From: an uncultured bacterium
GTDB lineage: Bacteria; Acidobacteriota; HRBIN11; JAKEFK01
Direction: 5' to 3'
Assembly (NCBI GenBank): GCA_963771165.1
Contig: CAVYSN010000021.1
Coordinates: 264,502-328,501 of the forward strand
DNA: 64,000 nucleotides
Part shown: in pieces, positions 19,079 to 29,810 of the stretch
Layout: each line of letters opens with the position of its first letter
Numbering within the stretch: position 1 is the stretch's first letter
Position numbers and translations under genes: made by a program
Notes under the pieces: generated by a model
Told to the model about the DNA's origin: nothing
Database searches by the model: none
Seen by the model: only the letters and a program-made list of their open reading frames with translations

Positions 19079-22000
19079 ATGCGACGGTTCGCTATTGCTG
19101 TCTTGCTTTTACTTTCATCATTCGCGTTTGCCGAACTGGATCCCGGTTTGCTGGCGGGATTAAAAGCACGTTCGATTGGGCCTGCGACGATGAGTGGACG
19201 AATCGCAGCTATTGACGCGGTTCAATCCAATCCCGACATCATCTATGTAGGCGCTGCAACCGGAGGTGTTTGGAAATCGGAAAATGGCGGGATCACATGG
19301 ACCCCCATATTCGATGATCAAAAAGTCGCTGCGGTTGGCGCCGTCTCAATCTTTCAATCGAATCCCGACATTGTCTGGGTGGGCACCGGAGAAGGAAATG
19401 TTCGAAACAGCGCATCTGTCGGCAATGGTGTGTACAAGACAATGGATGGAGGCAGGACCTGGAGTTATCTGGGACTGGATGGAACGGAGCGAATCAGCAG
19501 AATCATTCTGCATCCTTCCGACCCGAATGTCGCATACGTGGCTGCGATGGGAAGAGAATGGGGTGAGAATGCGGAGCGTGGAGTTTTCAAGACAAACGAT
19601 GGCGGCAAGAACTGGACCAAAGTTTTGTATCTGAACGAGAAGAGTGGAGCTGCGGATCTTGTTATGGATCCCTCGAACCCGAATAAATTACTTGCCGCCA
19701 TGTGGGAATACAGAAGGTGGCCGTGGTTCTTTCGGTCGGGCGGCCCAGGCAGTGGTTTGCATGTGACGGTAGATGGGGGCCAGACCTGGTCCAAGCTGAC
19801 TGAAGAGGATGGCTTGCCGAAAGGGTTACTTGGAAGAATCGGTGTTGCTTTTTCACAATCCAATCCGCGAATCGTTTACGCAATCGTGGAAGCACAAAAA
19901 AGTGCCGTGATCCGTTCGGAAGATGGAGGCAAATCCTGGAAATCCATGAATGAAGAAGGGGATGTTGCAGGACGTCCTTTTTACTACGCCGATATTCGAG
20001 TCGATCCCGTTTTGACAAACCGGATTTATCGTTTGGAAAGTCTGGTCCGTGTGTCGAACGATGCCGGTAAATCGTGGGAAGTTTTGATTCCTTTTCGAGA
20101 TGTTCACCCGGATTATCACGCCTTGTGGATCAATCACAACGATCCAACGCACATGATCGTGGGAAATGATGGAGGTGTGTCGGTGAGTCATGATCGCGGA
20201 GTCACCTGGCGATTCGTCGGCAATCTTCCGGTCGCACAGTTCTACCATATTCGAGTTGACAACGAAGTTCCCTACAATATTTACGGCGGGCTTCAAGACA
20301 ATGGCTCCTGGCGAGGTCCGAGTGAGGTCTGGGAAAGCGGTGGAATCCGGAATCACCACTGGGTGATGGTCGGTTTCGGAGACGGATTCGACACCGCTCC
20401 AGATCCAAAAGATTCTTCGACCGGTTATTCGATGAGCCAGGAAGGTTACTTGATGCGCTTTAATGTAACCACAGGGGAACGTAAAGACATTCGTCCACCG
20501 GCTCCGGAAGGGCAGGCGCTGCGTTTCAACTGGAATGCAGGACTCGCTGTAGATCCGGAGGATGGCACTCTTTATTACGGGAGTCAGTACATTCACAAAT
20601 CAACCGATCGTGGAGATTCATGGACCATCATCAGCCCCGATCTAACTTCGAATAAACCTGAATGGCAAAAACAGTCACAGAGCGGGGGACTAACCCTGGA
20701 CGTAACCGGCGCGGAAAATTTTACAACCATCATCGCGATCGCGATTAGCCCGAAAGACCACAATACGATTTGGGTTGGCACAGACGATGGCCGTTTGCAC
20801 GTTACGCGCGATGGCGGAAAGAACTGGTCGAGCGTCGAACAGAACGTCAAAGGCGTTCCCGCCAATACATGGATCCCTCACATCGAACCTTCCAAGCACG
20901 ATGCAAATTCTGCCTTCGTTGTGTTTGATGATCACCGCCGTTCCAACTGGACTCCTTATGTTTATGAAACCAATGATTCCGGTAAAACATGGAAGAGCCT
21001 TGCAACCAGGGATCTCTGGGGATACGCGCTTTCGATTACACAGGACCCTGTAAAAAAAGATCTCCTTTTTCTTGGCACTGAATTCGGTCTATACGTCAGT
21101 CTGAACGGCGGCGGGAAATGGATGAAATGGACGCATGGCTTTCCTACAGTTTCTACTATGGACATGACCATCCATCCAAGAGAGCAGGATCTGGTTATTG
21201 CGACACATGGTCGTTCGGTTTACATCATTGATGACATCACGCCATTGCGAACACTGAGCGAAGAGATTTTGAAAAAAGCGGTTCACGTATTTGATGTTCC
21301 GGACTCGCATCATTATCAATCACAACCATTCGGCAGACCTCCATTTGCCGGACACACCGAATTCCGCGGTGAAAATGAGCCCTACGGCGCGCTCGTGACA
21401 TATTCACTGAACGCCCCTGATCTCCCGTATCCTGATCCAAAAAAAGAAAAGGAGCTCAAGGAACAGGAGAGACAGAAGCAGTATTCAGGCAAAGAGACCG
21501 AACAACTACTGATGGAAAAAGAAGATATCCCTGCGATGGCCCCGAAGAAAGAGGATGACAAAGGACCACAGGTTGATATTGAAGTGGCTGATGAACAGGG
21601 AAATGTGATCCGTCGCTTGAAAGGACCGGCCCGGCAAGGAATCAACCGTACCACCTGGGATTTACGGAGCGACCCCTTTCGCGAACCGCCACGCCCGCCG
21701 GAGCAACGGTTCTTTGAACCATCCGGTCCGGAAGTCTTGCCGGGTGTTTATACAGTTACTGTGAAGTTCAAGGACAATCAAGCCTCTTCCAAAGTGCGGG
21801 TCAGCGGGGATCCGCGCGACAAGATTTCGGATGCGGACCGCAAAGCAAATTGGGACACACTGGTGAAACTTGGAAAGATGCAGGAAGCAGCAACGGAAAC
21901 GATTGAGAAAATCCAGGGGACCAAAGCGGATGTGGATGTTGTGATGAGAAAAGTGGATATGCTGGACCGCACTTCGGGACTGAAGGAGCCGGACAAAAGC

Positions 22001-22305
22001 CCGTATAAAAACCTGCGTGAAGCCGGAAGCAAGCTGAAGAAGCAGCTGGATGAAGCGGAGCGTCGATTCTGGCAACCGCCGAAGACCAAGGGAATTCCAC
22101 CGGAAAACGATGTGATGAACAAAATACAATATGCTCAAATGGCGGTTGATTCTTCTCCGGGCGCTCCAACACCATCTCATCTGGCTTCTGTGAAAGTCGC
22201 TGAAGATCTGTTGAAGAAAGCTCAAGAGGAATATCGCAAAAATCGATGCTGCAAATCGCTGCATTTAAGCAGCAAGTGGAGGCCGCAAAAATTAGTCTTT
22301 TGTAG
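19079..22305 (+). pseudogene. secreted BNR/Asp-box (sortilin/VPS10-like) repeat protein, frame change near its 3' end
   Basis: Signal peptide and at least 10 SxDxGxTW Asp-boxes. The plausible C-terminus ..IAAFKQQVEAAKISLL* is in the -1 frame from ~22240 (caaaaat run). The track ORF instead reads through into the thiolase gene. Confidence 0.8.
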
Positions 22306-22516
22306 CGCGGAGCCAGACTGTTCAAAAACGATTGTAGCGCGGACTTCCAGTCCGCAAACGCCGTTTTCAGTTTGTCGACAGTGTGAAGGCGAAAGTATCT
22401 GGGACACCACAAAGAAGACTCCATCCTTAAGTTTTTGGGACAGTCTCCAGTGTTTCGCCCCGCGCTCGGCGGGCCGTCCGCGCCACCTTGTAGCGCCGGC
22501 GGCTCGCCGGCAGTAT
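22301..22516. repeat. Family-E composite repeat cluster
   Basis: tgtagcgcgg.. (twice), the gcggacttccagtccgc hairpin at 22339-22355, and tgtagcgccggcggctcgccggc. Confidence 0.7.
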
Positions 22517-22540
22517 AATTTTTCTGCTGGAGTAATTTTT

Positions 22541-23704
22541 ATGCGTGGCGTTTCCATCATCGGTGTCGGTAAAACAAAGTTCGGTGTTTTTCCCAACCGT
22601 TCTTTAAAAAGTTTAATCGCTGAAGCAGGTAAAAAAGCTCTACTCGATGCAAAGATGGATGCGTCGATGATCCAGGCTTTCTACCTGGGGAATTTTGCAG
22701 CGACCGGCTTTAACAACCAGAATCACGTTGCACCATATGCTGCAACGGCGCTTGGTCTGCCGAATGTTCCTGCAACGCGTTTTGAGGCGGCCTGCGCCTC
22801 GAGCGGTGCTGCTCTGCGCGAAGCCGTGATCGCTGTCGGCTCGGGTCTCTATGATTTCATACTTGTAGGCGGCGTGGAGAAGATGAATTCGGTGGACACT
22901 CCGAAGGTTACAGAATATCTTGCACAGGCTGCCGATTGGGAAACGGAAGCAAAACTGGGGGCCACTTTTCCGTCCATGTTTGCGTTGATGGCAACCCGGC
23001 ACATGCATGAATATGGAACAACAAGGTATCAAATCTCACAGGTGGCTGTAAAAAATCATGCAAACGGGGCAAAAAATCCTGACGCTCATATGCAAAAGGA
23101 AATCTCGCTGGAAAAGGCAGCAAACTCGACAGTATTAGTAGCTGAACCCTTGAATCTGTATGATTGTTCCCTGATTACAGATGGCGCAGCTGCCGTCGTT
23201 GTCTGCGCTTCCGATCTGACGTCTCAATACTCTGCAAAGCCGGTCGATGTAATCGGACATGGTCAGGCGTCCGACTCCTTTTGCATGTACCAGAAAAAAG
23301 ACATTACACGTTTTGATGCCACAATTGCTGCGGGCCGGCGTGCGTATGAGATGGCCGGCGTTTCGTCTGACGATATCGATGTTGTGGAAGTTCATGATTG
23401 TTTTACGATCGCTGAAATAATTGCGATCGAGGATTTGGGATTCTGCAAAAAAGGGCAGGGGGGGCCTTTCACAATGGAAGGAATGACTGCCATCGGCGGG
23501 AAGATACCTGTCAACACAAGTGGTGGTTTGAAATCAAAAGGGCATCCTGTTGGTGCAACCGGTGTGGCGCAGGTTGCCGAGCTCGTTTTACAGTTGCGCG
23601 AGGAGGCCGGGCTGCGGCAAGTCAAGGACGCTGAAGTTGCTCTGGCTCACAACCTTGGCGGGAGCGGAGCCTCCTGTGTTGTACATATTCTGCGGAGGAG
23701 ATGA
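22541..23704 (+). CDS. thiolase-family acetyl-CoA acetyltransferase (SCP-x/archaeal type)
   Basis: 387 aa from MRGVSIIGVG with the active-site region EAACASSGAA and C-terminal GGLKSKGHPVGATG. Confidence 0.88.
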   Translation: MRGVSIIGVGKTKFGVFPNRSLKSLIAEAGKKALLDAKMDASMIQAFYLGNFAATGFNNQNHVAPYAATALGLPNVPATRFEAACASSGAALREAVIAVGSGLYDFILVGGVEKMNSVDTPKVTEYLAQAADWETEAKLGATFPSMFALMATRHMHEYGTTRYQISQVAVKNHANGAKNPDAHMQKEISLEKAANSTVLVAEPLNLYDCSLITDGAAAVVVCASDLTSQYSAKPVDVIGHGQASDSFCMYQKKDITRFDATIAAGRRAYEMAGVSSDDIDVVEVHDCFTIAEIIAIEDLGFCKKGQGGPFTMEGMTAIGGKIPVNTSGGLKSKGHPVGATGVAQVAELVLQLREEAGLRQVKDAEVALAHNLGGSGASCVVHILRRR

Positions 23705-24030
23705 CGGTCATGCAAATGTCTATTCGGGCTTGCCCTGTATGCAATCAAAAGTACCTGGATGATGTCGACATTTGTCCGAGCTGTTTGAATGTGACACCGA
23801 CCGTTCGCGTTGAGGTCAGCGGATCGGGAAAAATCTACAGCCACTCGCGCGTTCACGTTGCGCCCGAGCAATTCAAAAAAATTGTGCCTTATTATCTTGC
23901 GATCATTGATCTGGATGAAGGCCCGCGATTGATGGGACGCCTGCAGGTCCAGGAAGGGGACCACGTGCGGATCGATGCTCCCGTCGAACTCGTTTCTCTT
24001 GAAAACGGTTACGTCTTCGCCCTGAAGTAA
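23701..24030 (+). CDS. DUF35 Zn-ribbon/OB-fold protein (thiolase partner)
   Basis: CPVC..CPSC zinc ribbon followed by an OB-fold-like C-terminus. ATGA overlap with the thiolase stop. Confidence 0.8.
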   Translation: MTVMQMSIRACPVCNQKYLDDVDICPSCLNVTPTVRVEVSGSGKIYSHSRVHVAPEQFKKIVPYYLAIIDLDEGPRLMGRLQVQEGDHVRIDAPVELVSLENGYVFALK

Positions 24031-24107
24031 ACTGTTCTCAACGGCCATTTCACGTCTTAAAACGATGTTTCATAGAGTGAAATATCGGGGCCGCGTGTCC
24101 CATAGCC

Positions 24108-24136
24108 TTGACACAGGGTGTTTCGTTCCCTATATT
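24108..24136 (+). promoter_or_regulatory. sigma70-type promoter TTGACA-17 nt-TATATT
   Basis: Consensus -35 (24108-24113) and a near-consensus -10 (24131-24136) with a 17-nt spacer, 28 nt upstream of the TetR start. Confidence 0.6.
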
Positions 24137-24158
24137 AGTGAGTGAATATTCACTTACT
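24137..24158. promoter_or_regulatory. palindromic operator candidate for the adjacent TetR repressor
   Basis: agtgAGTGAATATTCACTtact: a 14-bp perfect palindrome (24141-24154) within a 22-bp near-palindrome, between the -10 and the ATG. Confidence 0.55.
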
Positions 24159-24163
24159 TATAT

Positions 24164-24739
24164 ATGGCAAGGCCGGTTACGAAATTAAACGACATAGAGC
24201 GGACGGCCATGCGTTTGTTTGCGTCGCGTGGATTGATGGGGATCACGATCAAGGACATCGCTGCGGAAGCCGGATGCGCCGAAGGGGCGCTTTACCGTCA
24301 TTACAGTGGAAAAGAAGATCTGGCGTGGCGGCTGTTTCAGCGCGAAGTAGAAGCTTTTGGCAAACGAATACGGCTGGTATGGGACGGCCCGGGATCGTAC
24401 GCGAAGAAATTGAAAGCCGGCATCGAATTGTTTTACAGGTTCTTTGATGAAGAGCCGGATCTCTTTTCGTTCATTCTGCTGTCCCAGCATCATTTCTCAT
24501 CCGATAAAAAACTGAAAAAGAGTTTGAGTCCCGTGGCTCTTGTGTTTCAGTTCATCGAAGACGCCTGGAAATCAGGAGAATTGGAGATTGAGGACCCGAA
24601 ACTAGGCGCGGCCATGCTTTTAGGAATCGTTCTACAGCCCGCAACGCTGGTGGCAGAAAAGAAAATGAAAGGTCCGCTATTGCCATACACGTCCGTTGTA
24701 ACGAAGGCTGCGATGCGATTGTTACGGGGAAGTCAATGA
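24164..24739 (+). CDS. TetR-family transcriptional repressor
   Basis: N-terminal HTH (MRLFASRGLMGITIKDIAAEAGCAEGALYRHY), 191 aa. Confidence 0.9.
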   Translation: MARPVTKLNDIERTAMRLFASRGLMGITIKDIAAEAGCAEGALYRHYSGKEDLAWRLFQREVEAFGKRIRLVWDGPGSYAKKLKAGIELFYRFFDEEPDLFSFILLSQHHFSSDKKLKKSLSPVALVFQFIEDAWKSGELEIEDPKLGAAMLLGIVLQPATLVAEKKMKGPLLPYTSVVTKAAMRLLRGSQ

Positions 24740-25479
24740 GAAAAACGATTGCATTCGCGTTTCGGGAAAATTTGACAGACGAGATGTTCGTACCACATTT
24801 GTTTTACAGACGTTCGGTTGCATCAAAAATTTTTGTGTCTGCTGTGAAGGGATTGGTTCGCGCCTTCCTGGGAATCTTTTTCCAGCTTAAAGTGAAAGGT
24901 AGCGAGCATATTCCAGATTCAGGCCCTTATCTGGTTTGTCCGAATCACTTGAGCGATGTCGACCCGTTGCTGCTCTATTCGTTGCTGCCGGAGGACACGC
25001 TCTATGTCGCATATGAGGCTAATTTTCGGAGGCCACCGCTCTCCTGGATCGTATCATTCGGACGCGTGTTGCTCACAACGCGCGGTGGCAAGGTCCCGCG
25101 TTGTCTGGTTCGCGCTTATCACGGCTTGCAAGACAGTCTTTCCGTTTGTCTTTTCCCTGAAGGGGGCCGGACAACAACCGGAACTTTGATGGAACCGCGC
25201 GACGGTGCCGCCATTCTATCCATTCAAGCGAATGTTCCCATCATTCCTGTTTTGATTGAAGGCTCCCAGAGCATGCTTTCACGAATCCGTCCTGGATTCC
25301 GTTTCTGCAAAATCCGCGTGACTTTTGGCAAGCCACTTCGCCCGCAGGGGAAGACTTGTTCTGAATTGCTGAAGGAATGGACGGAAGCGATCAACGACTT
25401 AACTCTACGGGCGAGTCGCCCGCGTTACTGGAGGTCCGATCATGATTTCCCGATCAGAAAAATGGAATCTTCTTTCTGA
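24736..25479 (+). CDS. PlsC-type lysophospholipid/1-acylglycerol-3-phosphate acyltransferase
   Basis: NHLSDVDP (HX4D) and FPEGGRT motifs. ATGA overlap with the TetR stop. Confidence 0.85.
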   Translation: MRKTIAFAFRENLTDEMFVPHLFYRRSVASKIFVSAVKGLVRAFLGIFFQLKVKGSEHIPDSGPYLVCPNHLSDVDPLLLYSLLPEDTLYVAYEANFRRPPLSWIVSFGRVLLTTRGGKVPRCLVRAYHGLQDSLSVCLFPEGGRTTTGTLMEPRDGAAILSIQANVPIIPVLIEGSQSMLSRIRPGFRFCKIRVTFGKPLRPQGKTCSELLKEWTEAINDLTLRASRPRYWRSDHDFPIRKMESSF

Positions 25480-26864
25480 TGCAACCTTCGATGTAGCGAT
25501 CGTCGGTGGTGGAATCAACGGGGCCTCCACCTATCATCAACTCTGTTCTCAAGGTTACAAGGTTCTATTAATAGACAAAGGTGATTTTTCCAGCGGAACG
25601 AGCCAGGCTTCGGCGATGATGGCCTGGGGAGGGTTGCTTTACCTCAGCTCGCTTGATTTTGCATCGGTCTGGCAATTATCTGTGAACCGGGACCGGCTGA
25701 TCCGCCACCTCTCCGCATCCGTAGCACCACGAAGGTTTCGTTATGTCTCAAAACAGAATAAAACAACTGTGCTCGCGGCGCTCTATTTCTACTGGTTGCT
25801 CGGTCTCGGCAGGAGGCGAATTCCTTATCAGGACAAGCATTTTTCGGAATCAAAATTCCTGAAGGAAGGTTTTTCCAGCGATTCGCTTGTTTATGAAGAA
25901 GCATGTTTGCAACCCTCGGATGCGCGTTTTGTATTGAACTGGATCCTTGCTTATCAGAATGAAATTCATGTGCCTTTGAATTACTGTGTTTTGCAGAATT
26001 GTCATTACGATTCGTCGCGGGGATTCTGGAAGCTTGAGCTGAAAGACACGCGTACGGATCGTGAGGCGCTTGCGCAGGCGAAGACTCATTGTGAATGCTG
26101 CCGGCACCTGGACCGATGAATTGAACGCACAGGCGCAAATCAAAACGCCGTACAAACACATATTTGGTAAGGGGGTGTTTCTCGGTTTTCATCGATTCGA
26201 AGGGCATGAACTGCCTCTGATTGTTGATGGAGGCAAACACACCCAATCGCTTTGCCTGATTCCATGGGGGCCGATTACTCTCTGGGGCCCTACAGAAACG
26301 AAATTGGATTCACTCGACTCTGCTTTTCAAGTGGAACCGGCAGATGTCAGCTTCTTGCTTCAGCGACTCAACCATCACACCAAAGTTCCGGTCCATGCAT
26401 CCGATATCGTTTCACTGCGTTGTGGAGTGCGACCTCTTGTGGTCGATCGTTGTTACGAAGATTCAGGACCGACATTGAAAATATCGAGACGGCATCGAGT
26501 CTTTGGAGATCCCGAACAACCGTGGATTAGCTTGTATGGCGGAAAGATAACGAGCTGCATGTCGCTCGCCGAGGATACTTTACGGAAAGTGCAACAACGG
26601 ATCGATTCTTCCGGTCGTTTGATGGAACAGGAATTACAACCGGATGAGATGTGTTGCACACTGGAAGATTATGTGCGCAGGAGAACGAATATATCCCAGT
26701 GGACTCCCCGCGGTGGTTTCGGTTTTCAAAATGAGCACCGCTCCGAGTTGTTGTCGATTGCGTTGCAGATCCATCGAGATCGGACGAAGGCTGAAGAAGA
26801 TTTGGATGAGTACGAAGCAAGGGTTCAAAGAGAATTTGATGCAGTGATTCAGGAGGTCGCATGA
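25442..26864 (+). pseudogene. FAD-dependent glycerol-3-phosphate dehydrogenase-like oxidoreductase (GlpA/GlpD family), one frameshift
   Basis: DVAIVGGGINGAS FAD fold. The track ORFs 25442 and 26061 join as ..REALAQAKT|LIVNAAGTWTDEL across a frame change near 26086. Confidence 0.8.
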
Positions 26865-28093
26865 AGCCGGCAATTTTAGGTGGTTTTAAAACGGTTACTT
26901 TACAACAGCAGGATGCGGTGAAATGGCCGCTGATCGGCATCGAAGAAGAAAGCGCTGTTCTGGACGTGCTCAGGCATGGAGATCTATCCTGTCATCGGGT
27001 TACCCGCGATCTGGAGCACGAATACTGCGAATACTTCGGCCGCAGATTTGCGCTCGCGCATTGCAATGGTACGGCCGCACTGATGGCTGCGTTTTTTGCG
27101 TTGGATCTGCAACCCGGCGATGAAGTGCTTGTTCCATCTGCAACATTTTGGGCTTCGGTTGTGCCCATGTTGTGGTTTGGCGCCGTTCCTGTTTTCTGCG
27201 AGAGTGAACCGAAGCGCATGGGGCTGGATCCGCAGGATGTTGAAAGAAAAATTACATCTCGCACTCGCGCATTGGTTGTTGTTCATCTCTGGGGAATGCC
27301 TTCGAAGATGACGGAGTTGTTCGAGATCGCCCACCGTTACGGCTTAAGAATCATAGAAGATGCATCGCACGCGCATGGAGCAATCTGGCGCCGACGTCCC
27401 TGCGGAACCCTCGGAGATATTTCCGTGTTCAGCCTCCAAACGAGCAAGCTGGCTCCTGCCGGAGAGGGTGGAATTTTCTTGACGGATGATCCGCAATTGT
27501 ATGAAAGGTCGGTTTGCCTGGGAGACATGATGCGAATTCTCGAATTGGAATCTGACTCCCGCCGTTTTGCCGGCACAACCTTTGGAATCAAAACACGGAT
27601 GGCTCCTTTATCCGCTGCTGTTGCACGGGTTCAATTACGCAAGCTTCAGCATCACAATGAGATTCGAAATAAAAACGCGGAGTTTCTCTCGTCTAAATTA
27701 GCCGAGCTCGGGCTCGATCCGTTTCTTCCGCCACCTCATATTGAGCGGGTCTATTATGAATTCCTGGTTCGCTATGATGCCGCTCTGACGGGACTATCAC
27801 GTGAAAAGTTCGTCGAAGCGCTGCGCGTGGAAGGATGTGATGTTTCGCTGCCGCGGTATCCATTGTTGCACCAACAGCCGCTGTTTACCGAAGGACAGGC
27901 AAGATGCCTGCGATCCTCAATTCAGGCTGGAAGCCCGCGCTCCTTACCATTCACGGAAGCCGCCAATGATCAACTGATCCGGTTTCCTGTTTTTACTTCA
28001 CCGTGCGATCAATTGTTGGGGCAATATGTTGAAGCGATTGAAAAAGTGCTGGAACACGCGGAGGAACTCTCTTCCGCAGTGCTATCTGTTTAG
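26861..28093 (+). CDS. DegT/DnrJ/EryC1/StrS-family PLP aminotransferase
   Basis: 410 aa with CNGTAAL..D..H and SLQTSKLAP (PLP-lysine region). ATGA overlap with the upstream gene. Confidence 0.88.
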   Translation: MKPAILGGFKTVTLQQQDAVKWPLIGIEEESAVLDVLRHGDLSCHRVTRDLEHEYCEYFGRRFALAHCNGTAALMAAFFALDLQPGDEVLVPSATFWASVVPMLWFGAVPVFCESEPKRMGLDPQDVERKITSRTRALVVVHLWGMPSKMTELFEIAHRYGLRIIEDASHAHGAIWRRRPCGTLGDISVFSLQTSKLAPAGEGGIFLTDDPQLYERSVCLGDMMRILELESDSRRFAGTTFGIKTRMAPLSAAVARVQLRKLQHHNEIRNKNAEFLSSKLAELGLDPFLPPPHIERVYYEFLVRYDAALTGLSREKFVEALRVEGCDVSLPRYPLLHQQPLFTEGQARCLRSSIQAGSPRSLPFTEAANDQLIRFPVFTSPCDQLLGQYVEAIEKVLEHAEELSSAVLSV

Positions 28094-29301
28094 TGGAATA
28101 AAGGTCCCGTCATCGATCGTTTTGTTTCGCACACGATACAGTGTGATTCCCGAAGGGGTTTTGAACCCTGCGATCGAACGAGGTCCTACCACGGCCGCGG
28201 CTTGATGAAAGCGGGTCTTGTTTCCTTCCGTTTCATACTCAAGAGCTTCCCGCAAATGCATATGGCCGCCAAGAGCCAGCGGAAAAGGTCGCGTTCTTAG
28301 AACAGCCATCACTTCCTCGGCGTTTGAAACAACGTGCCGGAAAACCGTTTTCCCATTGCACATGGATCAATGTAGGAGCGGCTCCCGTATCCATGTATCC
28401 GGAAAGAAATTCCGCGGCGGTAGCGAATGGAATGTGATTAAACGTAACCACCGGCTGATCGGCGGGCGTAGCCGCAATATCCTTTGTCAGCCATTCCAGT
28501 TGCTTCGCATCGACGTGTCCGTAATACCACAGATCATCGTAGTCGACTGAATCGAGCCCGACAAAGTGGATCCCGCCATAATTAAAGGAGTAATAATTAG
28601 GTCCCTGATAATGACGATACATTTTCTTGCCGTATAGCGGATGTTGGGGATGAACCAGGGACAAATGACGCTCGATCCCAAAGATTTCGTGATTTCCAGG
28701 AACGGTGTACAGTGGAGCCGGCCAATCCTTTGTTTCTCGCTGAAACATTTCATAGTATTTGCGCGCCTCTTCTTCTTTGACTCGCAATGCGTCATGGACC
28801 AGATCTCCGGTGATCAGGACAAATGCAGGTTTTAGCTCGCTGACCACTTTCCGTAGCATTTGTATCCGGACAATGCTGTCTTCCTGAATGTGAGTGTCGG
28901 AAGCATGCACGAATTGAAACTCGGAGACCTGTGCGCTTTTTTGAAGAGGGAAATCCTGAGTGCTCCATCGTTTGATCCGTTCGAGAGGTGCCTCCAGAAG
29001 GATCCGACCGACCGATAACCGTCCGGGATGCTGATAAAGACGATCTGCTGTTCCGTGAGAACCGGTCAACCGATATGCACCATCTTCACCCGTAAGTGCG
29101 ACTTCTGCTTGATTGGAAATGACGGCTCCCTTGACAGGTTGCTCGTTGGTATCCTGCTTCCCATTGCGGTTCTGGTCGACAAATACGGTGCCGTGGATCT
29201 CGATCGTCGGAACGGTGTCTGGGTTCCGAAACTGTACGGGAGGGTCTTAGACCCGCCCCTACAGTGATTACGAGGAAAAAGCATAATAAAAGCTTGCGCA
29301 T
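28082..29301 (-). pseudogene. secreted calcineurin-like metallophosphoesterase, disrupted
   Basis: SDTH, GDLVHD and GNHE motifs. There is a frame change near 28358 (..TLIHV|NGKTVFRHVV..). The signal-peptide-like start MRKLLLCFFLVIT (ATG 29301) is separated from the body by the family-F hairpin, which changes frame. Confidence 0.7.
29232..29264. repeat. Family-F palindromic element (ctgtacgggagggtc tta gacccgcccctacag)
   Basis: 13/15-bp stem with a 3-nt loop, located inside the 5' end of the phosphoesterase reading frame. Confidence 0.7.
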
Positions 29302-29404
29302 CGACGGATATTTGACCACAAATGGCGGGAAATATAAATGATTACGTGGCATTTGCGGGGGGTAATTCATTATGATAGAATCTGCGAACTCTTCAAGTGC
29401 CGGA

Positions 29405-29468
29405 GTCATGAGCAAGGAGTTATGAGACCTGTATTGGTTTCTCATTGCTCGTGACTCATTGCTCATTG
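29405..29468. repeat. Family-A hairpin repeat
   Basis: gtcatgagcaaggagttatgagacc ... gtttctcattgctcgtgactcattgctcattg, just upstream of the rpsU RBS. Confidence 0.8.
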
Positions 29469-29494
29469 TTTAAGAAAAAGGAGGTGAATTTTAA

Positions 29495-29692
29495 TTGGCT
29501 GAAGTCATCGTGCAGGAAGGTGAGTCTTTGGAGTCTGCGCTGAAGCGTTTCAAACGCAAAGTGCAGCAGGAAGACATCATCAAAGAGATTAAGAAGCATT
29601 CCTTTTATTTGAAGCCCGGCGAAAAAAAGAGAGCCAAACAAGCTTCTGCCCGGAAGCGATTGCGCCGCAAACTCAGAAGGCAATCCACTTAA
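29495..29692 (+). CDS. rpsU: 30S ribosomal protein S21
   Basis: 65 aa, ..SLESALKRFKRKV...KKHSFYLKPGEKKR. TTG start preceded by an aaggagg RBS. Confidence 0.9.
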   Translation: MAEVIVQEGESLESALKRFKRKVQQEDIIKEIKKHSFYLKPGEKKRAKQASARKRLRRKLRRQST

Positions 29693-29721
29693 TTCATTTT
29701 TCACGAATCCAACATCGATTT

Positions 29722-29790
29722 CACCGCAGAGGACGCAGAGAACGCAGGGGGAAAATTACATTGCTCTGCGATCTCAGCGGACTCCGCGGT
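29722..29790. repeat. Family-C-like hairpin repeat (9-nt units CGCAGAGGA/CGCAGAGAA)
   Basis: accgcagaggacgcagagaacgcagg ... ctctgcgatctcagcggactccgcggt, between rpsU and icd. Confidence 0.75.
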
Positions 29791-29810
29791 AAGATAACTC
29801 GAGGTGAAAT

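Noticed and set aside
19076-23704. The 1542-aa ORF, which looks like a giant BNR-thiolase fusion protein.
   Set aside because: The middle (~22240-22540) is translation of family-E repeats (..CSADFQSA..-type sequence). A better C-terminus for the BNR protein exists in the -1 frame, ending at 22305. The thiolase has its own ATG at 22541.
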